DNA of 50,743 bases, taken from assembly GCA_964609495.1 (NCBI GenBank), contig CAZSTA010000003.1, forward strand, positions 1-50,743, written 5' to 3'. Below are positions 18,696 to 27,681 of this stretch, in pieces. Below the pieces are notes generated by a model. The model searched no databases. It saw only the letters and a program-made list of their open reading frames with translations, and had not been told where the DNA came from. Numbering within the stretch: the first letter of the stretch is position 1; the number at the start of each line of letters is the position of its first letter. The DNA is from an uncultured bacterium (GTDB lineage: Bacteria > CAZSTA01). The position numbers and the translations under genes were made by a program.

Positions 18696-19613
18696 TTAGA
18701 TAGCGAATCCCAATTCCTCTAATCTTTTTCTTCCTTCCTTATCGAACTTTCCTCTCTCGCCATCGGTTAGGTTTCGCAAAGGTGAGCGCGATGTGCCTCC
18801 TTCTATCCCCCGCCAATATAACGCCCTCTTCAATAGAGGAAGATCTCCCTTAACTACCTCTTCTAATTCGAAGATCTTCTGCTGATAAGCTAAGGCGCCC
18901 TTGTAATCACCAGCTTGAAACCTCTCATATAGGGCTACGTAAGGCTCTGGAAATGCGCTCCCAACTCCCGTTACTGCTCCTGCTCCTCCATGGGCTAAAT
19001 TCGAGAGAAAGAGGGTATCAGCTCCTGAGATCACTCGGAAATCTTCTTTCTCCACTCTTAGATAATCCAATAGCTTTTGGAAAGAACCACTGCTATCCTT
19101 TATCCCCACTATATTAGGAAAGTCCTTTGCCAGACGCTCGAGTGTTTCAAATCCCAAATCATTACCTGTAAGTTGGGGGATATTATAGATATAGATATAG
19201 GTATCTTCAACTGCCCCCGCGATCTGTCCGTAATAGTCGTAAAGAGCTTCTTGGCTACACTTGTAGTAAAATGGGGTCACGACTCCTATACCTGATACCC
19301 CTAAGCTAACGGAATGGCGAGCTAGCTCTAAAGTGTCTTGAGCGGTGATAGCTCCTACATGCATTACAACTCTGGTCTTATCTCCCACCTCATCTATAAC
19401 TGTCTCAGCTACCTTTTTACGCTCCTCTATCGAGAGAAGAGGTCCTTCTCCTGTAGAGCCACATACAAATAATCCATGCACCCCCTTATCCACTAGAAAG
19501 GCACAAAGCTTCCTTACAGCCTTATAATTGACCTCCTGGTTCTTATCAAGAGGAGTAAGCATCGCGGGGTTTACTCCCCTCATCTTTTTATCGTTATCCA
19601 ATCCTTTTGACAT
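18696..19613 (-). CDS. DHDPS/N-acetylneuraminate lyase family aldolase
   Basis: GSTGE, IYNIP, GIKDSSG. Confidence 0.88.
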   Translation of the reverse strand: MSKGLDNDKKMRGVNPAMLTPLDKNQEVNYKAVRKLCAFLVDKGVHGLFVCGSTGEGPLLSIEERKKVAETVIDEVGDKTRVVMHVGAITAQDTLELARHSVSLGVSGIGVVTPFYYKCSQEALYDYYGQIAGAVEDTYIYIYNIPQLTGNDLGFETLERLAKDFPNIVGIKDSSGSFQKLLDYLRVEKEDFRVISGADTLFLSNLAHGGAGAVTGVGSAFPEPYVALYERFQAGDYKGALAYQQKIFELEEVVKGDLPLLKRALYWRGIEGGTSRSPLRNLTDGERGKFDKEGRKRLEELGFAI

Positions 19614-19635
19614 CTCCTTTCCGTTATAATTAATA

Positions 19636-20649
19636 TCAATAATTCAACTCAAGCCTCTTGCCCTCTTTGGATGCTCTATAGGCAGATAAGATGGTCTGGA
19701 GGGTTAGTTTTGCCTCCTCGGGTTTAACGATCGGTTCTTTATCCTGTAGAATACAATCCACAAAGTGATTCACACCTCGTCCCACAGAATATTCCCACCA
19801 AACCGGATTGTGTTCGACTTCTAGGTATTGAGGAGAACCCTTATCCTTTACTATAAAGAGGGGCTTCTCCGCTTCATTGCAGATGTGGATAGAACCGTTT
19901 GGGCCATATATGTCCTTCCTCTCACTCCATACATCAGAGGTTGCGGCATAAGTTACTACCACTTCAGCCATAAAATTATCGGGAAACTCCAGAGTGACGG
20001 TGGAGCAATCATCAGCTTTATTCTCAGCAGTTACGACTAACCTCTTCATAGTAGCCGTTACTGCGTTGGGTAGGCCGAAGAAGTAGTGCATCAGATCGAT
20101 GAAGTGCGTTCCAGTATCCGCCATAGCTCCTCCCCCAGCCTTATCCCAGGTTCCCTTCCAGCTATTTGGATCATCCATTCGCCACATCTCATTTCCGATA
20201 CAGACTGCTAGGCAGAAGAAGGGTTTGCCTATCTCTCCGTTGTTCAATAATTCCTTTGCCCTCTGGTGAGCAGGGAGGAAGCGCTGATTTAGAGCTACGA
20301 AGAAGCGTCTCCCCTTCTTCTCCGCGGTGGTTATCATATCATCAGCCTCTTCAATAGTCATAGAGATCGGCTTCTCTAAGATAACATCTTTGCCAGCTTC
20401 AAAGGCTTCTAAGGTGACTTGGTGATGGAGGAAGTGAGGGAGACATATATCAACTACTTGAATGGATTTATCCTCTAGGAGATAGTGATAATCGGTTGTG
20501 ATCTGGGAAACTTCATATTTATCAGCGAGAGCCTTAGCCGCTTTCTCGCTTAGGTCAGCTATGCCGGCTATCTGAACATCTTGACGCTTCAAATAGGCAT
20601 TTACATGGACTCTGCTCACTCCTCCAGCCCCGATGACGCCGATCTTCAT
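19636..20649 (-). CDS. Gfo/Idh/MocA family sugar dehydrogenase
   Basis: GAGGVS, LEKPIS, GGGAMADTGTHFID. Confidence 0.88.
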   Translation of the reverse strand: MKIGVIGAGGVSRVHVNAYLKRQDVQIAGIADLSEKAAKALADKYEVSQITTDYHYLLEDKSIQVVDICLPHFLHHQVTLEAFEAGKDVILEKPISMTIEEADDMITTAEKKGRRFFVALNQRFLPAHQRAKELLNNGEIGKPFFCLAVCIGNEMWRMDDPNSWKGTWDKAGGGAMADTGTHFIDLMHYFFGLPNAVTATMKRLVVTAENKADDCSTVTLEFPDNFMAEVVVTYAATSDVWSERKDIYGPNGSIHICNEAEKPLFIVKDKGSPQYLEVEHNPVWWEYSVGRGVNHFVDCILQDKEPIVKPEEAKLTLQTILSAYRASKEGKRLELNY

Positions 20650-20981
20650 ATCAATCCGCTCCTTTCCAACTCTAATCTCTTTAATTCCTCCAGATTGCGC
20701 TTCATACTCTCTATCCCGTCTCTAGCCATATCCCAATCACAATGATCACTCTCCACCTCAGATGAATAACCTCTCTGCTTTACAATGTCTTTACTCTCGA
20801 ATTCCTCGAAACCCATCTCATATTTCTCTTCGAGGTGGCGATTGATAAGCTCATACCGATTCAAACGCTTTATTACCTCGTTCTTTAGAATTTTGATGAG
20901 CTTATCGTTAAGATCTCTCCCTGACTCAAGTTTATCTAAGATCTTTATTATCTTATCTGCTATAATAGGCAACTGCCTCAC
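20646..20981 (-). CDS. Small antitoxin-like protein (TumA-like), no adjacent toxin
   Basis: LEEKYEMGFEEF...E.ESD..DW motif, shared with the ORF at 29332. Confidence 0.5.
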   Translation of the reverse strand: MRQLPIIADKIIKILDKLESGRDLNDKLIKILKNEVIKRLNRYELINRHLEEKYEMGFEEFESKDIVKQRGYSSEVESDHCDWDMARDGIESMKRNLEELKRLELERSGLI

Positions 20982-20985
20982 CTCT

Positions 20986-22791
20986 TTAGGTCAGTTTCTC
21001 TCCCTTTTTCTCCTCCTCATACTTCTTCCTTCTCTCCTTCATATAGGTAGGAACTGGAACATCCCACCAACCAGCGACCTTACCACCAGAGTAAGGGAAT
21101 TCCCTATTCACCATTACCTCAATGACCGCGGGCTTGCCAGAGGCGAAAGCTCGCTCTAAAGCTGGCTTTACCTCCTCCGCCCTCTCGATCCTCTCTCCAT
21201 AAGCTCCGAAGGCCTCGGCTATATCCGCGAAGTTTGGGGTATAGAGATCACCGCTGTCCTTAGCAAATTCGGTCGCCATCGCTTTATCATCTCCATATAC
21301 AGCCATCTGGAGGTCTTTGATAGCTATCCAACCGATGTTGTTTAAAAGAGCTATGACTATCGGGATATCATATTGAACTGCGGTAGCTAATTCATGCAGA
21401 GCCATCAGCATATCACCATCCCCGACTACTCCGATTACCGGGGTATCGGGCGCGGCTAACTTCGCTCCCAGGGAGGCGGGAAGGGTAAAGCCCATAGTGG
21501 AGAAGCCACCAGTAGTCAGATTAGTCTTGGGCTTAACGAAACAGTATTCCTGAAATACCTGAGCTTGAGCATTGCCCGAGGAGGTAACTACAATAGCCTC
21601 TTCGGGAAGAAACTCCTGAAGTTCCTTAATAAAGCGGGAGATAGTCACCGGAACTCTATCGGAGTAACGGAACTCGCTGATCATTCCAAACCACTCTGCT
21701 TTGAGATCTTGGATCTCCCGGTAATAATCTGTGTTCATATAATCCTTGGGATCAGCGTTCCCTTTTAGCCAAGTGGCTAACTCCCTAAGCGCTTGTTTAG
21801 CATCAGCGATTATTCCCACTTGAACAGGGTAGTTTTTGCCGATCTCCGCAGGATCAAGGTCGATATGGATCAACTTAGTGGGAGGAATCGAGAAGCTCAC
21901 TCCGTGCTTATAGGAGGAGGTGGTTTGATCGGCAAAGCGACATCCCACCGCTAGAAGGACATCTGCCGATGAGCTCAATTTGTTTCCGCAATAGGTCCCC
22001 TTAGAGCCGGGATGCCATCCATATAAAGCATGATCCTCGGGGAAAGCACTTTTACCCATCACGGTAGTTACTACCACCGCTCCTAAGAATTCCGCTAGTT
22101 CCTTAAGTTCATCCCAAGCCCTGGCGATTATAACTCCCCCTCCAACTAGGATAACAGGGCGCTCCGCTTGAAGAAGGAGTTCGCCAGCTTTCTCGATCTG
22201 GTCGGGATCGGGTCTGGTCACTCCTGGGGGATGCCTCCCCACCGGATCGGGGATATTCACCTCCGCAGAGTCGCATTGAACATCCATAGGCAGATCGATT
22301 AGGACAGGGCCTCTTCTTCCCCCTAACATCTGGTTGAAAGCGCGATGCAATACAAAAGGTAGTTGATCTACTCTTGTCACCTGCCAATATCTCTTGACGA
22401 GCGGCTCTAATACTCGAGGGAAGTTAGCCCAATGTCCTCGCTCGATCTCCTGAAGCACTCCTCGTCCAAACATATGAGTATGAGTGTCTCCAGTTAGAGC
22501 CAGCACTGCGGTGGAATCGACATAAGCTGTGGCTAATCCGATCGCGGTATTTATAGCACCCGGCCCTATGGAGGTGAATACCGCTAGAGGTTGTCCACTT
22601 ATTCTATAGTAGGCATCAGCCAAGTGGACAGCACTCTGCTCATGGCGCACCTGTAGTATCTTAATTTTATCTTCACGTCCGCGAAAAGCATCTACTAATC
22701 CTAAATTTCCGTGCCCAGGGATTCCCACCAGATAGGGAACTTTTTCCCTTATAAGATACTCCGCTATTATCTGTCCTCCAGTAAGTAACAT
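20986..22791 (-). CDS. Thiamine-pyrophosphate enzyme (acetolactate synthase/IolD-like)
   Basis: GIPGHGN, RHEQSA, SIGPG, GDGD...LLNN TPP motif. Confidence 0.88.
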   Translation of the reverse strand: MLLTGGQIIAEYLIREKVPYLVGIPGHGNLGLVDAFRGREDKIKILQVRHEQSAVHLADAYYRISGQPLAVFTSIGPGAINTAIGLATAYVDSTAVLALTGDTHTHMFGRGVLQEIERGHWANFPRVLEPLVKRYWQVTRVDQLPFVLHRAFNQMLGGRRGPVLIDLPMDVQCDSAEVNIPDPVGRHPPGVTRPDPDQIEKAGELLLQAERPVILVGGGVIIARAWDELKELAEFLGAVVVTTVMGKSAFPEDHALYGWHPGSKGTYCGNKLSSSADVLLAVGCRFADQTTSSYKHGVSFSIPPTKLIHIDLDPAEIGKNYPVQVGIIADAKQALRELATWLKGNADPKDYMNTDYYREIQDLKAEWFGMISEFRYSDRVPVTISRFIKELQEFLPEEAIVVTSSGNAQAQVFQEYCFVKPKTNLTTGGFSTMGFTLPASLGAKLAAPDTPVIGVVGDGDMLMALHELATAVQYDIPIVIALLNNIGWIAIKDLQMAVYGDDKAMATEFAKDSGDLYTPNFADIAEAFGAYGERIERAEEVKPALERAFASGKPAVIEVMVNREFPYSGGKVAGWWDVPVPTYMKERRKKYEEEKKGEKLT

Positions 22792-23324
22792 TATAATCCC
22801 TCCATATTGTTCGCAACTAAACGTGATATATCGTATTCACTCTCTACTTCGGTAAAGGCTATAAGTAATTCTAAATCCTCCTGCTCCTGGGGAGAGACTA
22901 TTATCTCCGAGGATAAAGTTAGAAGCTGATCCCTATCTTCATCCGAGATGTAAGGTGAGACTTCGATCTCCCCTATATCTTCCTCCAGAAGATCATATTC
23001 ATCCTCATACAATTCCTCCTCCTCAAAATCGAAGGTATCATCCGAGGAATCGACCAACCGTTTGGTAGCGAATAAACCTTCCCTTTTGTTGGGATAGATA
23101 TCTATATTTGTCATCAATGCAGAGATAAATTTAAACATCATCTGCAAATATCTGGCAAGATTTTCCTCCCCTTTATCTCGAACGTCATCGATGAATTTGG
23201 AGAAAGTGTTGAGAAAGGTTTTATCAAACTTCTCCAGATTTTCCTTAATCAGAGATTTCATCATACTAGGTGTAGAGGCATTAGCTATCTTCTCAATTAA
23301 CCTTTTAGCTTGTCTAGGCGTCAT
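22791..23324 (-). CDS. Hypothetical protein with an acidic C-terminal half
   Basis: 177-aa ORF with its own promoter; TAATG overlap with the TPP gene. Confidence 0.65.
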   Translation of the reverse strand: MTPRQAKRLIEKIANASTPSMMKSLIKENLEKFDKTFLNTFSKFIDDVRDKGEENLARYLQMMFKFISALMTNIDIYPNKREGLFATKRLVDSSDDTFDFEEEELYEDEYDLLEEDIGEIEVSPYISDEDRDQLLTLSSEIIVSPQEQEDLELLIAFTEVESEYDISRLVANNMEGL

Positions 23325-23353
23325 TATATATATCTCTCTTCTCTTGATTGTTC

Positions 23354-23442
23354 TTGACAGAAATCGTTATAGATAGTATAATTATTGACGTTATAATTTG
23401 TTATACATCCAAATTATAGCATTTGAAATCGCCATTTGTCAA
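23354..23442. promoter_or_regulatory. Face-to-face sigma70 promoters
   Basis: Plus strand TTGACA(23354)-17-TATAAT(23377); minus strand TTGACA(23442-23437)-18-TATAAT(23418-23413) with extended TG. Confidence 0.6.
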
Positions 23443-23464
23443 GTTTTTTAAATAGGAAAAGAGG

Positions 23465-24163
23465 TTGATGATCATCGAAGGAACTATAGTAAATATCATT
23501 ACGGTAGTAGCTGGAAGTTTGATAGGATATTTCTTCAAGCGGCATCTCAGCCTAAACATCCAGCAGATTTTGATGCAGGGCTTGGGATTATCTACGATAT
23601 TAATTGGACTAAAGATGGGCTTTGAGACGGAGAATCTATTAATAGTTATATGTAGCTTAGTTATCGGAGGAGCAATAGGAGAGGTGTTAATGATAGAGGC
23701 AAGATTAGAGAGGATAGGAGATAATTTGAAGGAAAGATTCGGCAAGGGAGAGGGGAGGTTTACCGAGGCTTTTTTAACAGCCAGCTTAGTATATTGTGTA
23801 GGAGCTATGACGGTGCTGGGCTCCCTACAGGATGGATTAGGAGAGACTCCTGTAATCCTCTACACTAAATCTATGCTTGATGGAGTCGCCGCGATCGTCT
23901 TCACCTCCACCTTGGGTATAGGAGCTATCTTCGCCGCTTTAACGATTCTCGTATATCAAGGGTTGTTGACCCTCTTCGCCAGCTTCTTAAAACCGATATT
24001 AACTGACGCTATGATCAGGGAGATGACAGCCGTGGGAGGGCTATTGATAGTGGGGATCGGGATTAACCTTTTGGATATCAGGAAGATCAAGGTTGGAAAT
24101 TTACTTCCGGCTATTTTAATAGCGGTATTAATAGTAGCGATAATCGGATTATTTGGAGGGTAG
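23465..24163 (+). CDS. DUF554/YdfK family membrane protein
   Basis: GTIVN, YCVGAMTVLGS, KSMLDG, KIKVGNLLPA. Confidence 0.9.
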   Translation: MMIIEGTIVNIITVVAGSLIGYFFKRHLSLNIQQILMQGLGLSTILIGLKMGFETENLLIVICSLVIGGAIGEVLMIEARLERIGDNLKERFGKGEGRFTEAFLTASLVYCVGAMTVLGSLQDGLGETPVILYTKSMLDGVAAIVFTSTLGIGAIFAALTILVYQGLLTLFASFLKPILTDAMIREMTAVGGLLIVGIGINLLDIRKIKVGNLLPAILIAVLIVAIIGLFGG

Positions 24164-24166
24164 AAA

Positions 24167-24490
24167 ATGGGCTATAGCATAACTCGTTTTTATAGAGCGG
24201 GGAAGAAGAAGTTATTCGATGAGATAGATGAGCTAATGAGGAATAGTGGCTATGATCTGAAGGATTTTGATGATAGAGGAGGGGTATTGAAAGTTCGATA
24301 TATCGAGCCGATCGTAACTTTCTTCGAAGGATGGATAGAGATCACTATTACGGATTATGACCTTATATATTCTTCAGTCCTTCCAACTGAGAAGATATAC
24401 CAGGTCGAGTTGGCTTGCGATGATACCAGGAGAAAGGAAATGATGGAAATAGTGGTGGAGAGATTGAAAAAATACGAGAAAGCGGATTGA
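24167..24490 (+). CDS. Hypothetical protein
   Basis: 107-aa ORF with GGAGG RBS, coupled to the DUF554 gene. Confidence 0.65.
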   Translation: MGYSITRFYRAGKKKLFDEIDELMRNSGYDLKDFDDRGGVLKVRYIEPIVTFFEGWIEITITDYDLIYSSVLPTEKIYQVELACDDTRRKEMMEIVVERLKKYEKAD

Positions 24491-24599
24491 GATCGAGTCG
24501 ATCTTATGGTATAATAGGTTATGATCGCGTGTTTCGAGAGTTATGTTCCGAAGCGAGATGTTGCTTTAAGTCTTTAAGGAAAGAAAGGAGTTTGAGATT

Positions 24600-25793
24600 A
24601 TGAGTTTATCAAGTAGAGCAAGAAATTTAAATCCTTCTCCGACTTTGGCTATGACTACCAAAGCGGCGCAGATGAGAAGGGAGGGGATAGATGTAATCAG
24701 CTTCAGTGCGGGGGAGCCCGATTTCGATACTCCTGATAATATCAAACAGGCCGCGATCGAGGCTATCCAGAGCGGATTTACTAAATATACTCCTGTTGCA
24801 GGGACTCCTGAGCTTAAAGAAGCTGTATGTAAAAAATTTGCCAGAGATAATGGACTGAATTATGAGCCCTCCCAGGTGATAGTTTCTTGCGGAGGTAAAC
24901 ACGTGATCTATAACGCTCTTCAAGTGCTTTGTGAGGAGGGAGATGAGGTGATAATCCCCTCTCCTTATTGGGTGAGCTATCCTGAACAAGTTAAGCTAAC
25001 TTCTGCAACTCCAGTGATAATCGAGACCAAAGAGGACAAGGAATTTCGCTTGGATACGAAAGCCTTAAAGCAGAAGATCACCGATAAGACAAAGGTGATG
25101 ATTCTCAACAGCCCTTGCAATCCCACTGGAGCGGTTTATGATAAGAATACCTTAGAGCAGATCGCCGAGTTAGCGGTGGCGAAGGGTATGTATGTGATCT
25201 CCGATGAGCTATATGAGGAGATAATCTATGATGGGAATGTCCATTATAGTATCGCCTCCTTCGGAGAGGATATCAAGAATCTGACGATAATGGTCAACGG
25301 GGTATCGAAAGCTTATGCTATGACTGGTTGGAGAATCGGTTATGGTGTGGGACCTGAGGAAGTGATCAAAGCTATGAGCAAGTTACAGGGTCAAAGTACC
25401 TCTAATCCTACCTCTATCTCTCAGAAAGCGGTGATAGAGGCGCTAAATGGTCCTCAGGACACGATCGAGATGATGGTAGCTGAGTTCGATAAGAGAAGAA
25501 GGTATATAGTTGATAGGGTCAACGCGATACCGGGTATAAGCTGTCTGCTTCCCAAGGGAGCGTTCTATGTATTTCCGAACATAGCAGAGTTGAAGGGGAG
25601 GAAGTATAAGGGTGAGACTATAACTAACTCCTCTCGTATAAGCGATTTCCTCCTTGAGGAAGCTAGGATAGCGACAGTTCCCGGAGTTGGTTTTGGGGCT
25701 GACGATTATATAAGGATATCCTATGCTACCTCTATGAGCAATATAGAGAAGGGATTAGATAGGATGCAAGAGGCTCTTAGGGAACTTGAGTAA
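24600..25793 (+). CDS. aspC: Aspartate aminotransferase (class I PLP)
   Basis: GEPDF, NSPCNPTG, SDELY, SKAYAMTGWRIG. Confidence 0.88.
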   Translation: MSLSSRARNLNPSPTLAMTTKAAQMRREGIDVISFSAGEPDFDTPDNIKQAAIEAIQSGFTKYTPVAGTPELKEAVCKKFARDNGLNYEPSQVIVSCGGKHVIYNALQVLCEEGDEVIIPSPYWVSYPEQVKLTSATPVIIETKEDKEFRLDTKALKQKITDKTKVMILNSPCNPTGAVYDKNTLEQIAELAVAKGMYVISDELYEEIIYDGNVHYSIASFGEDIKNLTIMVNGVSKAYAMTGWRIGYGVGPEEVIKAMSKLQGQSTSNPTSISQKAVIEALNGPQDTIEMMVAEFDKRRRYIVDRVNAIPGISCLLPKGAFYVFPNIAELKGRKYKGETITNSSRISDFLLEEARIATVPGVGFGADDYIRISYATSMSNIEKGLDRMQEALRELE

Positions 25794-25818
25794 AACTTGA
25801 GTAGAATACAACTTTGCT

Positions 25819-25857
25819 AATAAACTCCTCTAGTTCTATGGTCAACTGGAGGAGTTT
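25819..25857 (+). terminator. Terminator hairpin; shares 17 bp with the hairpin at 27553
   Basis: AAACTCCTCTAGTT...AACTGGAGGAGTTT. Confidence 0.6.
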
Positions 25858-25946
25858 CAGTATATCACAAAGTTAAGATTTTATTCACTGACAAATCCAT
25901 TTTGCGGTTAAAAATCATCGAACTTTTTAAATTAGGAGGGTATAAA

Positions 25947-26639
25947 TTGAAAAAAGTATATATAATAGCAACTATCATTGTGATAGTAGTAGGTATAGGC
26001 TCCTCTGTTGTCCTATCTAGGTGTAGTGGATCTATGACTAATACAGAAATAATCAAGCTCCCTGAGCCAAAGTTCGACAGCACTACCTCTGTCGAAAAGG
26101 CTTTGCATGAGAGGAGATCGATCAGAGATTATAAGGATGAGCCGTTAACGCTTGCCGAGGTTTCCCAGCTCCTTTGGGCTGCCCAAGGAATTACCAACCC
26201 AAGAGGTTTTAGAACAGCACCTTCTGCCGGTGCCCTTTACCCGCTTGAGGTTTATGTGGTGATAGGGGAGGTAGAGGGTCTAACCCAGGGTATTTATAAA
26301 TACAAACCTGATGAGCATGAGCTGGTAAAGGTTGCCGAGGGAGATAAAAGAGCTGAGATGTCCGCTGCTGCACTCGGACAGTCTAGCGTCGAAGATGGGG
26401 CTATAAACATCATATTTTCGGCGGTTTATGAGCGGACAACTAGAAAGTATGGAGATCGAGGCTATAGATATGTTTTTATGGAAGCTGGTCATTCAGCCCA
26501 AAATGTTTATCTACAGGCAGTTTCCTTGGGGCTCGGAACGGTGGTTGTTGGAGCTTTTGAGGATAATAGGGTGAAAAAAATTATAAATATGCTAGACGAG
26601 GAGAGTCCTTTGTCTATAATGCCTGTAGGGAGAAAGTAG
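25947..26639 (+). CDS. SagB/ThcOx-family nitroreductase with N-terminal hydrophobic anchor
   Basis: RRSIRDY, RTAPSAGALYPLEVY, EAGHSAQNVYL; AGGAGG RBS before TTG 25947. Confidence 0.88.
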   Translation: MKKVYIIATIIVIVVGIGSSVVLSRCSGSMTNTEIIKLPEPKFDSTTSVEKALHERRSIRDYKDEPLTLAEVSQLLWAAQGITNPRGFRTAPSAGALYPLEVYVVIGEVEGLTQGIYKYKPDEHELVKVAEGDKRAEMSAAALGQSSVEDGAINIIFSAVYERTTRKYGDRGYRYVFMEAGHSAQNVYLQAVSLGLGTVVVGAFEDNRVKKIINMLDEESPLSIMPVGRK

Positions 26640-26656
26640 GTGAAAGAAGCCTGAAA

Positions 26657-27523
26657 ATGAAAAGAGTTAGTAGAGATAAAACTGTTCCTGTTGATAAAAG
26701 GTATAGGATTAAAGAGCCAGTTGCTGAAGTTGATCTTGAAGAGAGTTTCATTATAGAGACAATTAATTTCAGAACACCAATTATATACTCACCAGATGAT
26801 GCAAACCCGAAGGAATACAAGGAAAGAGAGGAGACTGGTCCCATTTATATTAATGGGATTAACGCGGGAGATATCATCCGAATTCATATTGAGAATATAA
26901 AGCCGGTGGGACATGCCAGCGGAGGTTGGTATAATGATCCTCAACAGAATTCTTTCCTGGAAATAGAGAATGACAAAGTTTATTTCCCAGGTGGGATATG
27001 GGCAAGAAAAGAAATGATGATAGGCGATATTTACGTTACACCTGCTTCAATGGTTCTAAATCCCTGGGATAATGGGGGCAACATGGATTTTAAAGACATT
27101 TGCCCTGGTAATAGTCTTTGTCTCAAGGCGGAGTATGCGGGTGGACTCCTGGTTTTAGGAGATGTGCATGCCTGCCAAGGCGATGGTGAGATACTTGGAC
27201 TTGGGGCGGAATGTGCCGCTGACGTTCAAATTAAGATAACAAAGGAGGAGAGATTTCGATCTGAGCGACCATTGATAATCAAGCAAAACTCGTATGTTTG
27301 TATTGCCTGTCGAGAAAGCTATGCGGAAGCGAGGGATTTAGCTGCTGCTGATGCTGCGAAGATCCTGAGAGAGTTAGCAAAAATCACCGAAGGTGAGGCT
27401 GAATTATATTGCAAGACCGTTGGGGATTTAAGGAATGGCGCTGTTTGGCCGATGGGCTTAAAAGAAGTGCATAATATTCCTTTAGTAGTTGGATTAGAAG
27501 TGCCTACACCATTTTTAAAATAA
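26657..27523 (+). CDS. Acetamidase/formamidase family protein
   Basis: TGPIYING, GGNMD, GDVHACQGDGE. Confidence 0.82.
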   Translation: MKRVSRDKTVPVDKRYRIKEPVAEVDLEESFIIETINFRTPIIYSPDDANPKEYKEREETGPIYINGINAGDIIRIHIENIKPVGHASGGWYNDPQQNSFLEIENDKVYFPGGIWARKEMMIGDIYVTPASMVLNPWDNGGNMDFKDICPGNSLCLKAEYAGGLLVLGDVHACQGDGEILGLGAECAADVQIKITKEERFRSERPLIIKQNSYVCIACRESYAEARDLAAADAAKILRELAKITEGEAELYCKTVGDLRNGAVWPMGLKEVHNIPLVVGLEVPTPFLK

Positions 27524-27552
27524 GAGAGAAAAAGTCCGCTGATTATCAAAGG

Positions 27553-27598
27553 AATAAACTCCTCTAGTTGCCTATAAAAACTAGAGGAGGTTTTATTT
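27553..27598 (+). terminator. Intrinsic terminator
   Basis: CTCCTCTAGTT...AACTAGAGGAG followed by GTTTTATTTT. Confidence 0.7.
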
Positions 27599-27602
27599 TG
27601 GA

Positions 27603-27631
27603 TTGACAGGAGAGATTATATTTGCTATAAT
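27603..27631 (+). promoter_or_regulatory. sigma70 promoter
   Basis: TTGACA-17 bp-TATAAT with extended TG. Confidence 0.75.
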
Positions 27632-27681
27632 TATCGCAAAGTTTCTCGTTTCAATTATAAATGCTATCTAGGAGGATGAAA

